From contig JAERTI010000038.1 of the NCBI GenBank assembly GCA_016844925.1, positions 66,936-130,935 on the forward strand: a stretch of 64,000 nucleotides of DNA. Direction: 5' to 3'. The position numbers were made by a program, and so were the translations under genes. This document shows positions 1 to 9,560 of this stretch, one piece after another. The first letter of the stretch is position 1. Each line of letters starts with the position of its first letter. The notes under the pieces are model-generated. The model was not told the origin of the DNA and made no database searches. It worked only from the letters and a program-made list of their open reading frames with translations. This DNA comes from Candidatus Uhrbacteria bacterium. Lineage in GTDB: Bacteria > Patescibacteriota > Patescibacteriia > UBA9934 > GWF2-40-263.

Positions 1-257
1 TCAAAGAACAGTTCCGTTTGGCTGCGGCAAGTCACTTTGGCTCAGGTTGGGTCTGGCTGTTGCAGGAGGAGGGGAAGCTCGTGATACGTGATTATCACGA
101 TGCCGATACGCCAGCGGATACAGGTGTAACACCGCTGCTGACACTCGACGTTTGGGAGCATGCGTATTACATCGATCACCGGAACGATCGTGGGGGGTTT
201 ATCGAAGGGTTCTGGAAGCATGTGAACTGGGGGTTCGTGGCAGCACAAATGAACTAA
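1..257 (+). CDS. Fe/Mn superoxide dismutase, C-terminal part (truncated by window start)
   Basis: FGSGWVWL and DVWEHAYY signature motifs. Confidence 0.95.
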   Translation, partial: KEQFRLAAASHFGSGWVWLLQEEGKLVIRDYHDADTPADTGVTPLLTLDVWEHAYYIDHRNDRGGFIEGFWKHVNWGFVAAQMN

Positions 258-263
258 AAATGG

Positions 264-303
264 ACAAAACACCCTGGACAAACAGGGTGTTTTGTGTTAG
301 GTT
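264..303 (+). promoter_or_regulatory. SOD terminator hairpin overlapping the ftsH promoter (TGGACA-N17-TAGGTT)
   Basis: Inverted repeat ACAAAACACCCTG/CAGGGTGTTTTGT; -35 at 275-280 overlaps the loop; -10 at 298-303. Confidence 0.6.
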
Positions 304-348
304 CGGTCCTCGTGCCACGTTGGCACGACGGGTTTCCAGGAGGAAAAC

Positions 349-2196
349 ATGGCAGAAGAACGATCGCGACGACCGTCCGTCATGACCGTGGTGGTCATTT
401 TGGGATGGTTGCTCTTCATCGGTCACACGGTGTGGAGCGACCTGACCAGTACGGAGGTCTCGTACTCGCAGGCCGTAGAGATGGTCGAGACGGGGCGTGT
501 GCAGAGCGTGCTCATCGACGGTGAGATTGCGCGACTGACTCCCGCACCGGAGGTGGAGCTCAACAAGGGGCTCACGGACGACTGGGAGGCACCAGTTCCC
601 GCGGACATGTCCAAGCTCGAGACGGCTCTGTCGGACGCCAAGGTGGAGTACACGGTCAAGCGCGAGGGGTTCCTGAGCAGGTACCTCTGGTGGCTCGTGC
701 CACTGACCGTCTTTGCCTTGATCGGCCTGATCATCGGTACGGCGGCCAGCAAGATCAACCCGAATCTGGAGGTCGGCTCCAAGGAGAAGAAGAAGTCCGG
801 GGGCATCCTCGGCTTCCTGAACCACCGTGGTCGCAAGGCCGAGAAGGTGGACACCAGGTTCTCCGACGTGGCCGGTCAGGACGCCGCCAAGGATCAGCTG
901 CAGGAGATCGTGAATCTCCTGAAGAAGGGCAAGGGCAAGTCCAGGCTCGGAGGCAAGGTCCCCAAGGGGGTCCTGCTGATGGGTCCTCCCGGAACCGGCA
1001 AGACGCTGCTCGCCAAGGCAACCGCCGGTGAGGCAGGGGTGTCCTTCATCCAGATCTCCGGCGCGGACTTCGTCGAGATGTTCGCCGGTGTCGGTGCTGG
1101 GCGCGTGCGCAGCCTGTTCGATCAGGCGCGCAAGGAAGCGCCGTGCATCGTGTTCATCGACGAGATCGATGCCGTGGGCTCCCACCGTTCCAAGGGTGGA
1201 TCCGGCGGAGACGGCGAGCGCGACCAGACCATCAACAAGCTGCTGGTGGAGATGCAGGGCTTCGACGACCTCACGGGCGTCGTGCTCATCGCGGCCACCA
1301 ACCGCTCCGAGAACCTCGACTCGGCCCTCATGGATCGGTTCGATCGCAAGATCACCGTGGGGCTGCCGACGCTCAAGGGACGCGAAGAGATTCTCCGCGT
1401 TCACTCTCGCGGCAAGGTCGTGGGCGAGATCGACTACGCGCAGATCGCCAAGATCACCACCGGCATGTCCGGTCGTGAGCTCGAGCAGCTCTTCAACGAG
1501 GCGGCGCTCATGGGCGAGCGTGAGGGTGCACGTAGCATCACCACCGAGCACCTGCGACGCTGCATCGAGATCGTGGTGGCCGGTCACAAGCGCAAGTCGC
1601 TTCGGCTTACCCCGGAGGACCGTAACGCTGTTGCGGTCCACGAAGCCGGGCACGCCATTGCGCAGGCGGCCCTGGGTCGCCGCGAGCTAGTGATGATGGT
1701 CTCCATCATCCCCAGGTCCAAGGGCTCCTTGGGCCTGAACATGAACACGCCTGAAGACGAGGACGACGCCTTGCTTCGTAACGCCCACGAGCTTCTCGAT
1801 GACGTGGTCATCTTGCTCGCTGGCCGAGCAGCCGAACGGTTGAGCAACGGCAAGGTCTCCACGGCAGCACACGACGACATCAAGCGTGCTACCGAGGTCG
1901 TCCGTGCCTACGTGACGGTCTACGGGTTCTCGCCCAAGCTCAAGAACCTCTCGCTCTACGGCAAGGGGCGTTGGAGCGATCAGACCCAGCAGATCGTCGA
2001 CGAGGAGATCACGCGCATCGTGCGTGAGTGCTACGAGCGCGCGCAAGCGCTCCTCAAGACGAAGACCAACAATCACATGCTGACCCAGATGACGGGCAGG
2101 CTCCTCGATCAGGAGGAGCTCACCAAGGAGGCGCTGCAGATGTTCCTCCGCGAGGTGGAGCCCGCCAAGCCGGTGCAGCTGAGCGCGAGCGCCTAG
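349..2196 (+). CDS. ftsH: ATP-dependent zinc metalloprotease FtsH (cassette class, divergent)
   Basis: Two TM segments, GPPGTGKT Walker A, IVFIDEID Walker B, HEAGH; SD AGGAGG; GC-ending codons. Confidence 0.93.
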   Translation: MAEERSRRPSVMTVVVILGWLLFIGHTVWSDLTSTEVSYSQAVEMVETGRVQSVLIDGEIARLTPAPEVELNKGLTDDWEAPVPADMSKLETALSDAKVEYTVKREGFLSRYLWWLVPLTVFALIGLIIGTAASKINPNLEVGSKEKKKSGGILGFLNHRGRKAEKVDTRFSDVAGQDAAKDQLQEIVNLLKKGKGKSRLGGKVPKGVLLMGPPGTGKTLLAKATAGEAGVSFIQISGADFVEMFAGVGAGRVRSLFDQARKEAPCIVFIDEIDAVGSHRSKGGSGGDGERDQTINKLLVEMQGFDDLTGVVLIAATNRSENLDSALMDRFDRKITVGLPTLKGREEILRVHSRGKVVGEIDYAQIAKITTGMSGRELEQLFNEAALMGEREGARSITTEHLRRCIEIVVAGHKRKSLRLTPEDRNAVAVHEAGHAIAQAALGRRELVMMVSIIPRSKGSLGLNMNTPEDEDDALLRNAHELLDDVVILLAGRAAERLSNGKVSTAAHDDIKRATEVVRAYVTVYGFSPKLKNLSLYGKGRWSDQTQQIVDEEITRIVRECYERAQALLKTKTNNHMLTQMTGRLLDQEELTKEALQMFLREVEPAKPVQLSASA

Positions 2197-2204
2197 AGCG
2201 CAAC

Positions 2205-2232
2205 CCCCGACAAGACGGTCGGGGATTTTTAA
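2205..2232 (+). terminator. Intrinsic terminator after ftsH
   Basis: CCCCGA-loop-TCGGGG followed by ATTTTT. Confidence 0.7.
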
Positions 2233-2286
2233 TACGCACAAAATAAAACACCCCGGACAAGTCCGAGGTGTTTTTCTGAAAGATGA

Positions 2287-2541
2287 CTATTCAGCCTTTG
2301 GGCGAGCGATCGATACTGTGATAGCACGACCTTCAACCATCTGACCGTCCATGGCTTCCATGGCGGCGTTAGCTGTAGCCTCGTCAGCGTACTCCACGAA
2401 GCCGAAGCCGCGTGAACGTCCGGTGTCGCGATCAGTGATCACGCGTGCGGAAGTGACTTCGCCGTGCGCAGCGAAGAGCTCGCCGAGCTGTGCGTCGTCA
2501 ACGCTCCATGGGAGGGAGCCGACAAATAACTTGTTCAACAT
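2287..2541 (-). CDS. RRM (RNP-1) RNA-binding protein
   Basis: KLFVGSL (RNP2) and RGFGFVEY (RNP1); likely start at 2541. Confidence 0.93.
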   Translation of the reverse strand: MLNKLFVGSLPWSVDDAQLGELFAAHGEVTSARVITDRDTGRSRGFGFVEYADEATANAAMEAMDGQMVEGRAITVSIARPKAE

Positions 2542-2746
2542 GTGAAATGAGAGAACAGAGTGAATTAACAAGCTCTCTGTGATCACGTTGGAACAAGAGA
2601 AGCGCAGATACTATGCCATGGTTTTTTTTGAGAGTCAACGACGTTATAAAGGCATGGATTAAAGAAAAACTTGATTCAATAAAGAAATAACCCGCCGGCG
2701 CTTCGTCGCGCGGCGGGTGGGGGTGGTGGGCGTGCGAGAGTTCTCG

Positions 2747-3037
2747 CTAGCCTACGACCAGCTGGAGGTGACGCGGAGCGCTTGGCTCGCTGGCGTCATC
2801 GAGCTCGAGTTCTTCGAGCTCATCGTCTTGGTGTCCCTGTGTGGAGATTCCGTAGAGGACATCTTCGCTCAGGATGCCGAAAGCGTTCAGTTCGCTCTCG
2901 ATCTCTCCGTCGTGCCAGGGACACAGGGAGGTTTCCTCAACCAGATGTTCCAGGTCGGTATCCGACAAGGGGAACAGCGCGGGAGTCTCGGAGCACAGCG
3001 GACACACGGTGGTGTCCTTGGGGGCAAACCGGATCAT
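2747..3037 (-). CDS. Hypothetical small acidic protein with CxxC...CxxH (cassette class)
   Basis: SD GAAAGG; CPLC and CPWH; acidic tail; terminator at about 2686-2718. Confidence 0.7.
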   Translation of the reverse strand: MIRFAPKDTTVCPLCSETPALFPLSDTDLEHLVEETSLCPWHDGEIESELNAFGILSEDVLYGISTQGHQDDELEELELDDASEPSAPRHLQLVVG

Positions 3038-3068
3038 GGGAAGACCTTTCTGTTCTGCCTTGAGCGGG

Positions 3069-3524
3069 CTAGAACCGGGGCGTTCCCTCGGTGAAGACCT
3101 TCACGCGGTTGAAGCGCGTGAGCTCGTGCTCGGCTTCGTCCTCGTCCAGTCCGCCGGGGCGGGTGTTGTAGAACGTGCCGCCACGCGCCTGCACGACCTG
3201 CTTGCTCAGCAGGCCGCTGGCGTGGAACAGGGGGAGGTGGTCCTGCTCGAGGTCGATGCGCTTGATCTGGATGCGGAAGCGCTCGAAGACCTCCTTCAGG
3301 TCCTCGATGGCCTTGTGCAGCAGGCCGGTGACCTGCGAGCGCAGGTCCAGGTCCGGGTCGACGGGCATGCCCCAGGTGTGGAGCACATCGTGGCTCGGCT
3401 CTTCGGTGAGCGTGAGCGTGATGCCTCCATCCTCCATCTTGAGCACCAGCAGGTACTGCGACATCTGGGAGGGGGGACGGCCGTCTCGTCGGAGTCTCTC
3501 GGGGTGCTCGCTGAGCGATCCCAT
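3069..3524 (-). CDS. Hypothetical protein (cassette class)
   Basis: SD GAAAGGA; GC-ending codons; promoter at 3605-3633. Confidence 0.75.
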   Translation of the reverse strand: MGSLSEHPERLRRDGRPPSQMSQYLLVLKMEDGGITLTLTEEPSHDVLHTWGMPVDPDLDLRSQVTGLLHKAIEDLKEVFERFRIQIKRIDLEQDHLPLFHASGLLSKQVVQARGGTFYNTRPGGLDEDEAEHELTRFNRVKVFTEGTPRF

Positions 3525-3604
3525 ACCAGGGTCCTTTCCGGCAGCATCTCGCCGCCTTGTTCTCCGTGGGCGTGCGCCCGCGGAATCCTCGTTTGAGGCC
3601 CCTT

Positions 3605-3633
3605 AGAATAGGGGTGTTTTCCCGTTTTGTCAA
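3605..3633 (-). promoter_or_regulatory. Sigma70-type promoter TTGACA-N17-TATTCT
   Basis: Consensus hexamers with 17-nt spacing. Confidence 0.75.
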
Positions 3634-3659
3634 TGGATTGGTATGATGGCGTCAGATAT

Positions 3660-4196
3660 ATGCGCAGAGTATCGATCACTATTGGACTGCTAGCGTTGTT
3701 GTTTTTTGCTGGCTGTGGAGCAAGTGAGGAGGTCGAGGTGAGCACGCAGCCCGAGGAGACCCTACCAATGGAAACCATCAAAGATGGTTATGTGAATCTA
3801 GCCTATGGCTATGGGTTTGATCCAGCCGAGGGGTATGACGTATGGGAACTCACGCAAGAGCAAACAGCGGCGCCTGCCGGAGAGGAGGCGACGATGGTGT
3901 TTGTGATCGGAGAGGAAGAGAATTTGTTTACGGTTCGGGGGATCGATGGGGCGCGTAGTGCGCATGAGTGGATCTCTCAAGAGCTTTCATTCTTCTACCC
4001 GAGTGGAAATGCCGCGCAGCGCGTGGGGGAGATTGATGGACGTGAGGCGATCTATTTGCGTGGGACGGGGGGTGCGGATTCACCTGCGCATGTTGTGGTT
4101 GTGCAAAATGGGGAGCAGCTCTTGGTGATCTCGTACGATCGGGAAAACAGAGAATTTGATACAATGCTCTCAACGTTTACTTTTCTAGAAACATAG
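3660..4196 (+). CDS. Putative lipoprotein
   Basis: Signal peptide with FFAGC lipobox. Confidence 0.75.
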   Translation: MRRVSITIGLLALLFFAGCGASEEVEVSTQPEETLPMETIKDGYVNLAYGYGFDPAEGYDVWELTQEQTAAPAGEEATMVFVIGEEENLFTVRGIDGARSAHEWISQELSFFYPSGNAAQRVGEIDGREAIYLRGTGGADSPAHVVVVQNGEQLLVISYDRENREFDTMLSTFTFLET

Positions 4197-4197
4197 T

Positions 4198-5988
4198 ATG
4201 CCCCGTCTTGGATCTTCATCACCCGCAACTGGTGGTCAGCGTAGTGAGCAACCCCCACGACCATTGGATAGTTCGTTCTTGGCCGAGATGGCTAAGCAGG
4301 AGCGTCTGGTGCGTGGAAAGGAGCAACCTGAGGCGGGTCGTCCTTTGTGGGAGCAGCCGGCTGAGGAGGCTCAGGAGTATTGGCTTGATGTTGAGGCGAT
4401 TCTGGCTGGACCGGAAACGGCTGAACAACCAGCAGATCAGCTTCTGTACGTGAGTCCTGATGGAAAAATGATTGTTGGGCACGAGACGGTTGAGGGGGAA
4501 GGGCGTGTGCGGATGATGGATGCCGAGGATGTTCCAGCTGAGGCGAAGGCCATTCGTACCATCGATCAGTTGACGCAAGGGTATGAACGAATGGTTGATA
4601 CGGTGCTCAAGACAGCGGGAGGTGATGAAGATTTTTCAAAGGAGCAGCTCATGGGGATGCGTGAGTCGTTGATTGTTGAAGCGTCTCTTTCTGATGAGCC
4701 AAAGAAAGAATTGATGCAACTGCTGCGTACCATGAGTCGGGCAGAGGGGCGTGAGCAGGAGGCGACGCTCTTGGGTCGGCAGGCGGAGCTTCGAGAAACA
4801 GAGACCGCACTGGCGGCTTCGAGTGACGCGAACGAACAGCAGCAGTTACGCAATAAAGTCCATGCGCTCCGTAAAGAGCTGTATCAGTTGCGTCGAGAAA
4901 TTAATCCGCGTGCGGCAAAAGATGAGCTTCTGAAGATTTTGGAAGATACAGGCGAGGGGCTTGAGCCCATCTGGAGAGACAGGGAGGAGCCAACCAAAGC
5001 GGCTGTTGAGGATCGCATCGATCAGATCAGGGAGATGATGGCGGAGATCGATAAAAAGAAAGAGTTCCGGGTACTTGATGAGCTGAAGTGGTATGCCTAT
5101 AAGAAAGAGCTTCAGGAATTTGAGTTTGTTCTTAAGGCGATGGAGTTTCGTGAGGCGCACCCGCAGCTGTACTCGACAGATTTTGACGTTATGGATGATC
5201 GCCATCCTTGGGATCAAAGGTTGTTTGCTATCGGGAAGGAAATTACCAAGCGGGAGGCTCCTCGGGCTGATGAAGGGGTGAGGGATACATCGGTGTATCG
5301 CATGCTTAAGGATGTCTATCTCGATCCATCTTCTGAGATCCCTGCGGTGAGTGTGATGGAATCGATCTTGAAGTCATCAACGGCCCCTGAGGCACTGAAG
5401 GAGGCGGCGCGGGCTATGAAGGAGGATGTGAGAGAGAGGCGATTGCCTGCACCAGAACAGTTAAGGAAAAAACGAATGGAAGAGCGAAAGGCGCGACAAG
5501 AAGCAGCGGCGGAAGAGCGGCGAGCAAACGCGGAGAAGGCGCGGCTCGCGCGCGAGGCAAAGCGTCAGAGCCCGCTGGAGAAAGCCATGTTGTATTACAA
5601 CCATGGGAGGTCTCGTGAGCGCATCAATTTTTTGAAAGAAGAACTCAACATGAGCGAGGATGAGTTGCTTGCGATCAATAAGACGTTCAAGACCCTTAGG
5701 TCCATTGGAAAGAAAGTTCCTGGTATGTTCAGCGAGCAAGACTTCTCTTGGTCGGAGTTTGTGAATGCACCGCCGAAGGGGAAGCAAAAAGAACGAAAGC
5801 CTGGATTCTTTGCGAAGCTGTTCGGTCTCAAGCCACGGAAGGTGAAGCGCGCTGGGTTTTTCTCGAAGCGTCGGAGAATGATGCGAAAGATTAAGCGACA
5901 GTTTAAACGCATGCCACGCAACCGTCGCCAGCAGGTGGTGATGACGCTTGAGCGGCAGAAGGCGAACGTGTTTGAGCTCAAGGTCTAG
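4198..5988 (+). CDS. Hypothetical coiled-coil protein with basic C-terminus
   Basis: 596-aa ORF, E/K/R-rich helical composition, no recognisable domain. Confidence 0.8.
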   Translation: MPRLGSSSPATGGQRSEQPPRPLDSSFLAEMAKQERLVRGKEQPEAGRPLWEQPAEEAQEYWLDVEAILAGPETAEQPADQLLYVSPDGKMIVGHETVEGEGRVRMMDAEDVPAEAKAIRTIDQLTQGYERMVDTVLKTAGGDEDFSKEQLMGMRESLIVEASLSDEPKKELMQLLRTMSRAEGREQEATLLGRQAELRETETALAASSDANEQQQLRNKVHALRKELYQLRREINPRAAKDELLKILEDTGEGLEPIWRDREEPTKAAVEDRIDQIREMMAEIDKKKEFRVLDELKWYAYKKELQEFEFVLKAMEFREAHPQLYSTDFDVMDDRHPWDQRLFAIGKEITKREAPRADEGVRDTSVYRMLKDVYLDPSSEIPAVSVMESILKSSTAPEALKEAARAMKEDVRERRLPAPEQLRKKRMEERKARQEAAAEERRANAEKARLAREAKRQSPLEKAMLYYNHGRSRERINFLKEELNMSEDELLAINKTFKTLRSIGKKVPGMFSEQDFSWSEFVNAPPKGKQKERKPGFFAKLFGLKPRKVKRAGFFSKRRRMMRKIKRQFKRMPRNRRQQVVMTLERQKANVFELKV

Positions 5989-5999
5989 AAAAAGAAAAT

Positions 6000-6022
6000 C
6001 CCGTCGGTTGCGTACCGGCGGG
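6000..6022. terminator. Bidirectional terminator, ACGCA-loop family
   Basis: Minus strand CCCGCCGGT-ACGCA-ACCGACGGG with A/T tracts on both sides, between convergent genes. Confidence 0.75.
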
Positions 6023-6030
6023 TTTTTGGT

Positions 6031-6867
6031 TCAGTAGAGATTCTGTCTGAACGCTTCAGGACGCGGGTGTCCGGCTTGCGTGGCCCAAGCGTACAGACAA
6101 GCGCTGTCCTTGCCACTGCGAGAACCGGCGAAGTTGAGGAACAGGGCGTGGTGCCAGTAGGGCGAGTCCACGTAGCCACAGAGTCCCACGAGCGGGTCCA
6201 TTCCCCAGCTCAGCCCCAGGCGGCACTCTGCTGTGTAGGCCTGAGATTCGCTGGTGAAGAACTTGCTACAGGCGCTATCGAGGGCCTGTTGGTATTGCTG
6301 ATCATCAAGCGTCCCTTGTTCGGGGATGGTGGGCATGAGGCTTTCACCACGCTTCCATGCGCTGTAGTGCGCATACTCATGCTCGAGCCGGAGCATGAGC
6401 CAGAGCAGATCTTCCTCCGTCTTGATCGTGAGCAGGTATGGCTCTGAAATGATCAGTTCCAGGCGCCCTGAATCCGTTTCACTTTCGACGAAAAACAGAT
6501 TGAAGTCATCGTCCGGATGCAGAAGAGGTTCGATGGCTCCGTCCGTGATCCTCTGGAGTAGGTCCTCGTGCACACCTTCCGATGGGTGCCAGGCGATGGC
6601 TGCCACAAGAGGCTGCAAGACATCCGTACTGGATTTCCACTGGTCCGAGTAGGGAAGCAGTGGAAGCTCCCAACCAGGGGTCCGCGGGGGTTGGGCTCGC
6701 AATGGCCAGTAGCGCGGGTCTTGCTGAAGAAGTTCTTCTCTGAGGTCCGCGGCTCGCTTACTAAGAGCTAAAGACCAATGAGGGAGGGACAGTATGAGGG
6801 TGCATGCTATCAGGAGCATGAGCGTACCTTGGCCGTAAAGCCAGGGATTCTCCTGTGGGTGTTCCAC
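6031..6867 (-). CDS. Membrane-anchored protein with HExxH motif (putative zincin; cassette-like)
   Basis: N-terminal TM, LEHEYAH motif; GTG at 6867 preceded by GTGAGG; promoter TTGACA-N17-TAAGGT at 6906-6934. Confidence 0.65.
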   Translation of the reverse strand: MEHPQENPWLYGQGTLMLLIACTLILSLPHWSLALSKRAADLREELLQQDPRYWPLRAQPPRTPGWELPLLPYSDQWKSSTDVLQPLVAAIAWHPSEGVHEDLLQRITDGAIEPLLHPDDDFNLFFVESETDSGRLELIISEPYLLTIKTEEDLLWLMLRLEHEYAHYSAWKRGESLMPTIPEQGTLDDQQYQQALDSACSKFFTSESQAYTAECRLGLSWGMDPLVGLCGYVDSPYWHHALFLNFAGSRSGKDSACLYAWATQAGHPRPEAFRQNLY

Positions 6868-6965
6868 GTAGGCCTCACTTTGCTGCACGAGAGCAGCAGG
6901 AGATGACCTTAGGGGCTCATGGGGGACGTGTCAATGTAAAAGACAGGGTCTAGCCCTGCCTTTGT

Positions 6966-8267
6966 CTATGTCTTGAGAAGTTCTCGTGTGGCCTCTTTGT
7001 AGCTTTCGACAGCCGGTTGATTGAAGGCGTTTACATTCATTAACTTTGCGAGGTACATCATTTCGATCATTCTGAACTGGAGGTAGTAACCAAGCTCGCG
7101 TGGAGTGATGCCCTCCATGTCGATTTCTAGGAATGGACGCTGCTTGTTTTTGTAGGCCGCTTTCACGCCACCGACGATAGCGGCAGTGATTTGCTCCAGG
7201 CTCTTCCCTCCAATGTCCTGCACAAGTCCTGGCATCTTCATTTCTCGTGGAACGAGATTGATGTCGCCCTTGAAGGAGTAGATGATGTTGGTGAACTTGT
7301 CGTCTGGGCCGCCGTAGTAGAGCTGGGCCATGGAGTGGAGGTCGGTTGAGCCGATCGAGACAATCGGCGTGATACCTGCATTCACTACATCTCCATTAAG
7401 GTTTTTTTCTTTTCCAACACTTTCTCCCATGAGCTGTCGATACCACTTTCCGAGTGATTCAAGTTTTGCGGCGTAGACAAAACTGTTGTGAATGGAGCGT
7501 CCGAGTTCTGCGTGAAGGTACGTGCAGGCAGCACTCACGAGAGCGTGGTTACGAGTGAGGTCATCGGAGAGATTGTCTTGCAAGGCGTCGCGTGCTCCGC
7601 TGCGCATGGCTTCTATGTCGATCTTGCCTAGGAGCAGTGGTACTAATCCGACGGCACTCATGACGCTATAGCGACCACCAACCTGTTTAGGGATGGCGAT
7701 GCGGTGGGTTTTGTGTTGCTCGGAGGCTTTCCAAAGGTTGGAGCCTTCGTCGGTGATAAAGCAGAAGCGATCACGGACATCGCCAAACTGTTCTTCAAGT
7801 GATCGCCAGAGGACTTCGGTGTTGGAGATGGTTTCTGTGGTACCTCCAGACTTGCTTACTGAGATAATGGCAAAGTCTTCTCGGCTAGGCATGCGTGAGA
7901 GAATGCGCACCACAGCGGTCATGCGTTCATCTGAGACCGTGTCGAGAAATAGGAGCTTGGGGAGACGGTCATACAGCAGGCTCATGGATCCTGCGATGGC
8001 ATCGTAGACGGCTTGAGTTCCAAGGTTTGAACCTCCAATACCGATGACGACGATGTATTGAAGGGTGGGTGTTTTAATAGCCTCTACAAGCGCTTGTGCG
8101 CGTTCAAGTTGTCCATCGTCAGACGGGAGCTGGAGGGAGCACTCAGGATCGGCATAATCCGTCTTTTGTGCAACGGCCTGTAGGTGGGCGCGGTACTCAT
8201 TGAGCGACGCGGCTGTTTTGGTGAGTTCTGCGTCGTCTATGAGGGTGTGGGTGGCATGGAATTTCAT
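6966..8267 (-). CDS. pgi: Glucose-6-phosphate isomerase
   Basis: IGIGGSNLG, SKSGGTTET, VGGRYS, QLMGESVGK, NAFNQPAVE motifs. Confidence 0.93.
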   Translation of the reverse strand: MKFHATHTLIDDAELTKTAASLNEYRAHLQAVAQKTDYADPECSLQLPSDDGQLERAQALVEAIKTPTLQYIVVIGIGGSNLGTQAVYDAIAGSMSLLYDRLPKLLFLDTVSDERMTAVVRILSRMPSREDFAIISVSKSGGTTETISNTEVLWRSLEEQFGDVRDRFCFITDEGSNLWKASEQHKTHRIAIPKQVGGRYSVMSAVGLVPLLLGKIDIEAMRSGARDALQDNLSDDLTRNHALVSAACTYLHAELGRSIHNSFVYAAKLESLGKWYRQLMGESVGKEKNLNGDVVNAGITPIVSIGSTDLHSMAQLYYGGPDDKFTNIIYSFKGDINLVPREMKMPGLVQDIGGKSLEQITAAIVGGVKAAYKNKQRPFLEIDMEGITPRELGYYLQFRMIEMMYLAKLMNVNAFNQPAVESYKEATRELLKT

Positions 8268-8378
8268 AGTGGAATAATCATACTACGGATGCTGAGAGGG
8301 GGTAAGTAGTTGATCCATGGGAGTCTGGATGATAATCTGGTTGATGTGCAACAGCCGAAAGGCAGAAAGGAGTGCATC

Positions 8379-8501
8379 ATGCACTGCACGAACGACTTGA
8401 TCGAGAGCGGGATCATCACGAACGAGCTCCAGGACGGCGGCATGATCGATGGCCTCGATGGCGGCATCATCGACAACAAGCTGGTCGACCCCGGCATCTA
8501 G
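8379..8501 (+). CDS. 40-aa peptide with four L-(x)-[DE]-x-G-[IM] repeats (cassette class)
   Basis: Promoter TTGATC-N17-TAATCT (8310-8338), SD AAAGGAG, 38 of 40 codons end in G/C, own terminator. Confidence 0.7.
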   Translation: MHCTNDLIESGIITNELQDGGMIDGLDGGIIDNKLVDPGI

Positions 8502-8638
8502 CACGACTGCTGATCGCCGACACTGCCCTTACGGGCCCCCGGGCTACGGCTCGGGTTTTTATTTTGGCTCATGCTTGATCGATGTAGGGTGGGTTGCTAT
8601 GCTGTGTGAGCCAACCAAGGCAACGACCAAGGAGTGCC

Positions 8639-8788
8639 ATGTTCACGACCATCAAGCTCGGAATGCTCAGCGGAGACGACGGCTCGGCCAAGGGTGCCAA
8701 CGCCGACATCTCCATCATCCACCGGCTCGATCACACGCCGATCGACGGTCAGCTCTCCAACCTCAACGACGTCACCGTCGAGTTCTAG
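8639..8788 (+). CDS. 49-aa peptide (cassette class)
   Basis: Promoter TTGATC-N17-TATGCT (8575-8603), SD AAGGAG, GC-ending codons, terminator at 8826-8852. Confidence 0.7.
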   Translation: MFTTIKLGMLSGDDGSAKGANADISIIHRLDHTPIDGQLSNLNDVTVEF

Positions 8789-8888
8789 CCCGCCGCTAGT
8801 CAGACGAAGACGTACCCTCATGGGTCCCGAGCCACGCTCGGGTATTTATTTTGTCTAAGAAAAAACTCGCCGAGTGGGCGAGGGGAGG

Positions 8889-9425
8889 CTAGCGGACCTC
8901 GACGTGCGTGGTGCCGAGGAGGTTGCCATCGTGGCGGGCTTCTACCGTCCAGGTGCCGGACTTGCGCAGGGTCTTCTCGTCGCGGGTGCGCCAGGCGGGG
9001 GACGGGCTGGTGATGCGCACGGTCTCGATGCGGTAGGGGGTGTCCGGGACGGACTCGTGGTACCAGATGAACTGGATCTCGATGGGAACAGTGGCGTGTC
9101 GCGGCGTGGCGACGGACACCCAGGCGTAGACCTTGGTGTTCACGGCGCTGGTTGCGATCGCGCCCGTGCTGTTCTTGCCGTCGAGCCCTGCGGCGATGTG
9201 GAACTCGTTCGCACGCACGGTGGTCACGGCGTCCCAGCCCTCCATGAGGGTGCGGTCCGCTTCCATCTGCATCAGGCGATCGACGCGGTCGGGATCCTGA
9301 GCGAGAGCCTCGATCCAGGCCTGCTGCTCGGGGTCGAGCCGCGTGTCCTGGGCGAAGGCGTGGTTGCCGCACAGGGTGAGGGCAAGGGAGCCGACAATGG
9401 CGAGGGGAACCAGGGTTCTCATCAT
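8889..9425 (-). CDS. Secreted DUF2914-like Ig-fold protein (cassette class)
   Basis: Signal peptide; FIWYH...WRT...GTWTVE pattern; SD GGAGG; promoter TTGACC-N17-TAAGGT at 9452-9480. Confidence 0.7.
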   Translation of the reverse strand: MMRTLVPLAIVGSLALTLCGNHAFAQDTRLDPEQQAWIEALAQDPDRVDRLMQMEADRTLMEGWDAVTTVRANEFHIAAGLDGKNSTGAIATSAVNTKVYAWVSVATPRHATVPIEIQFIWYHESVPDTPYRIETVRITSPSPAWRTRDEKTLRKSGTWTVEARHDGNLLGTTHVEVR

Positions 9426-9560
9426 TTCCTCCAGGTGGTTGACGAGGCCGCACCTTAACGTCGAAATGCATGTTGGTCAACCGTGTGGATATCTACTTCG
9501 GTCACAAACGTCTAGGTGCTACACTGAATGTATTGAAATTAACTCGTGTCTTATTTACAT

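Noticed and set aside
199-1653. 484-aa minus-strand ORF (and similar long ORFs 50531-52123, 45297-46430, 47682-48734, 43342-44175)
   Set aside because: Antisense shadows of GC3-rich genes, where stop codons are depleted; no motifs or SD, and the opposite strand carries the better-supported gene.
8283-8504. 73-aa minus-strand ORF upstream of pgi
   Set aside because: Shadow of the plus-strand peptide at 8379-8501, which has a promoter, SD and terminator.
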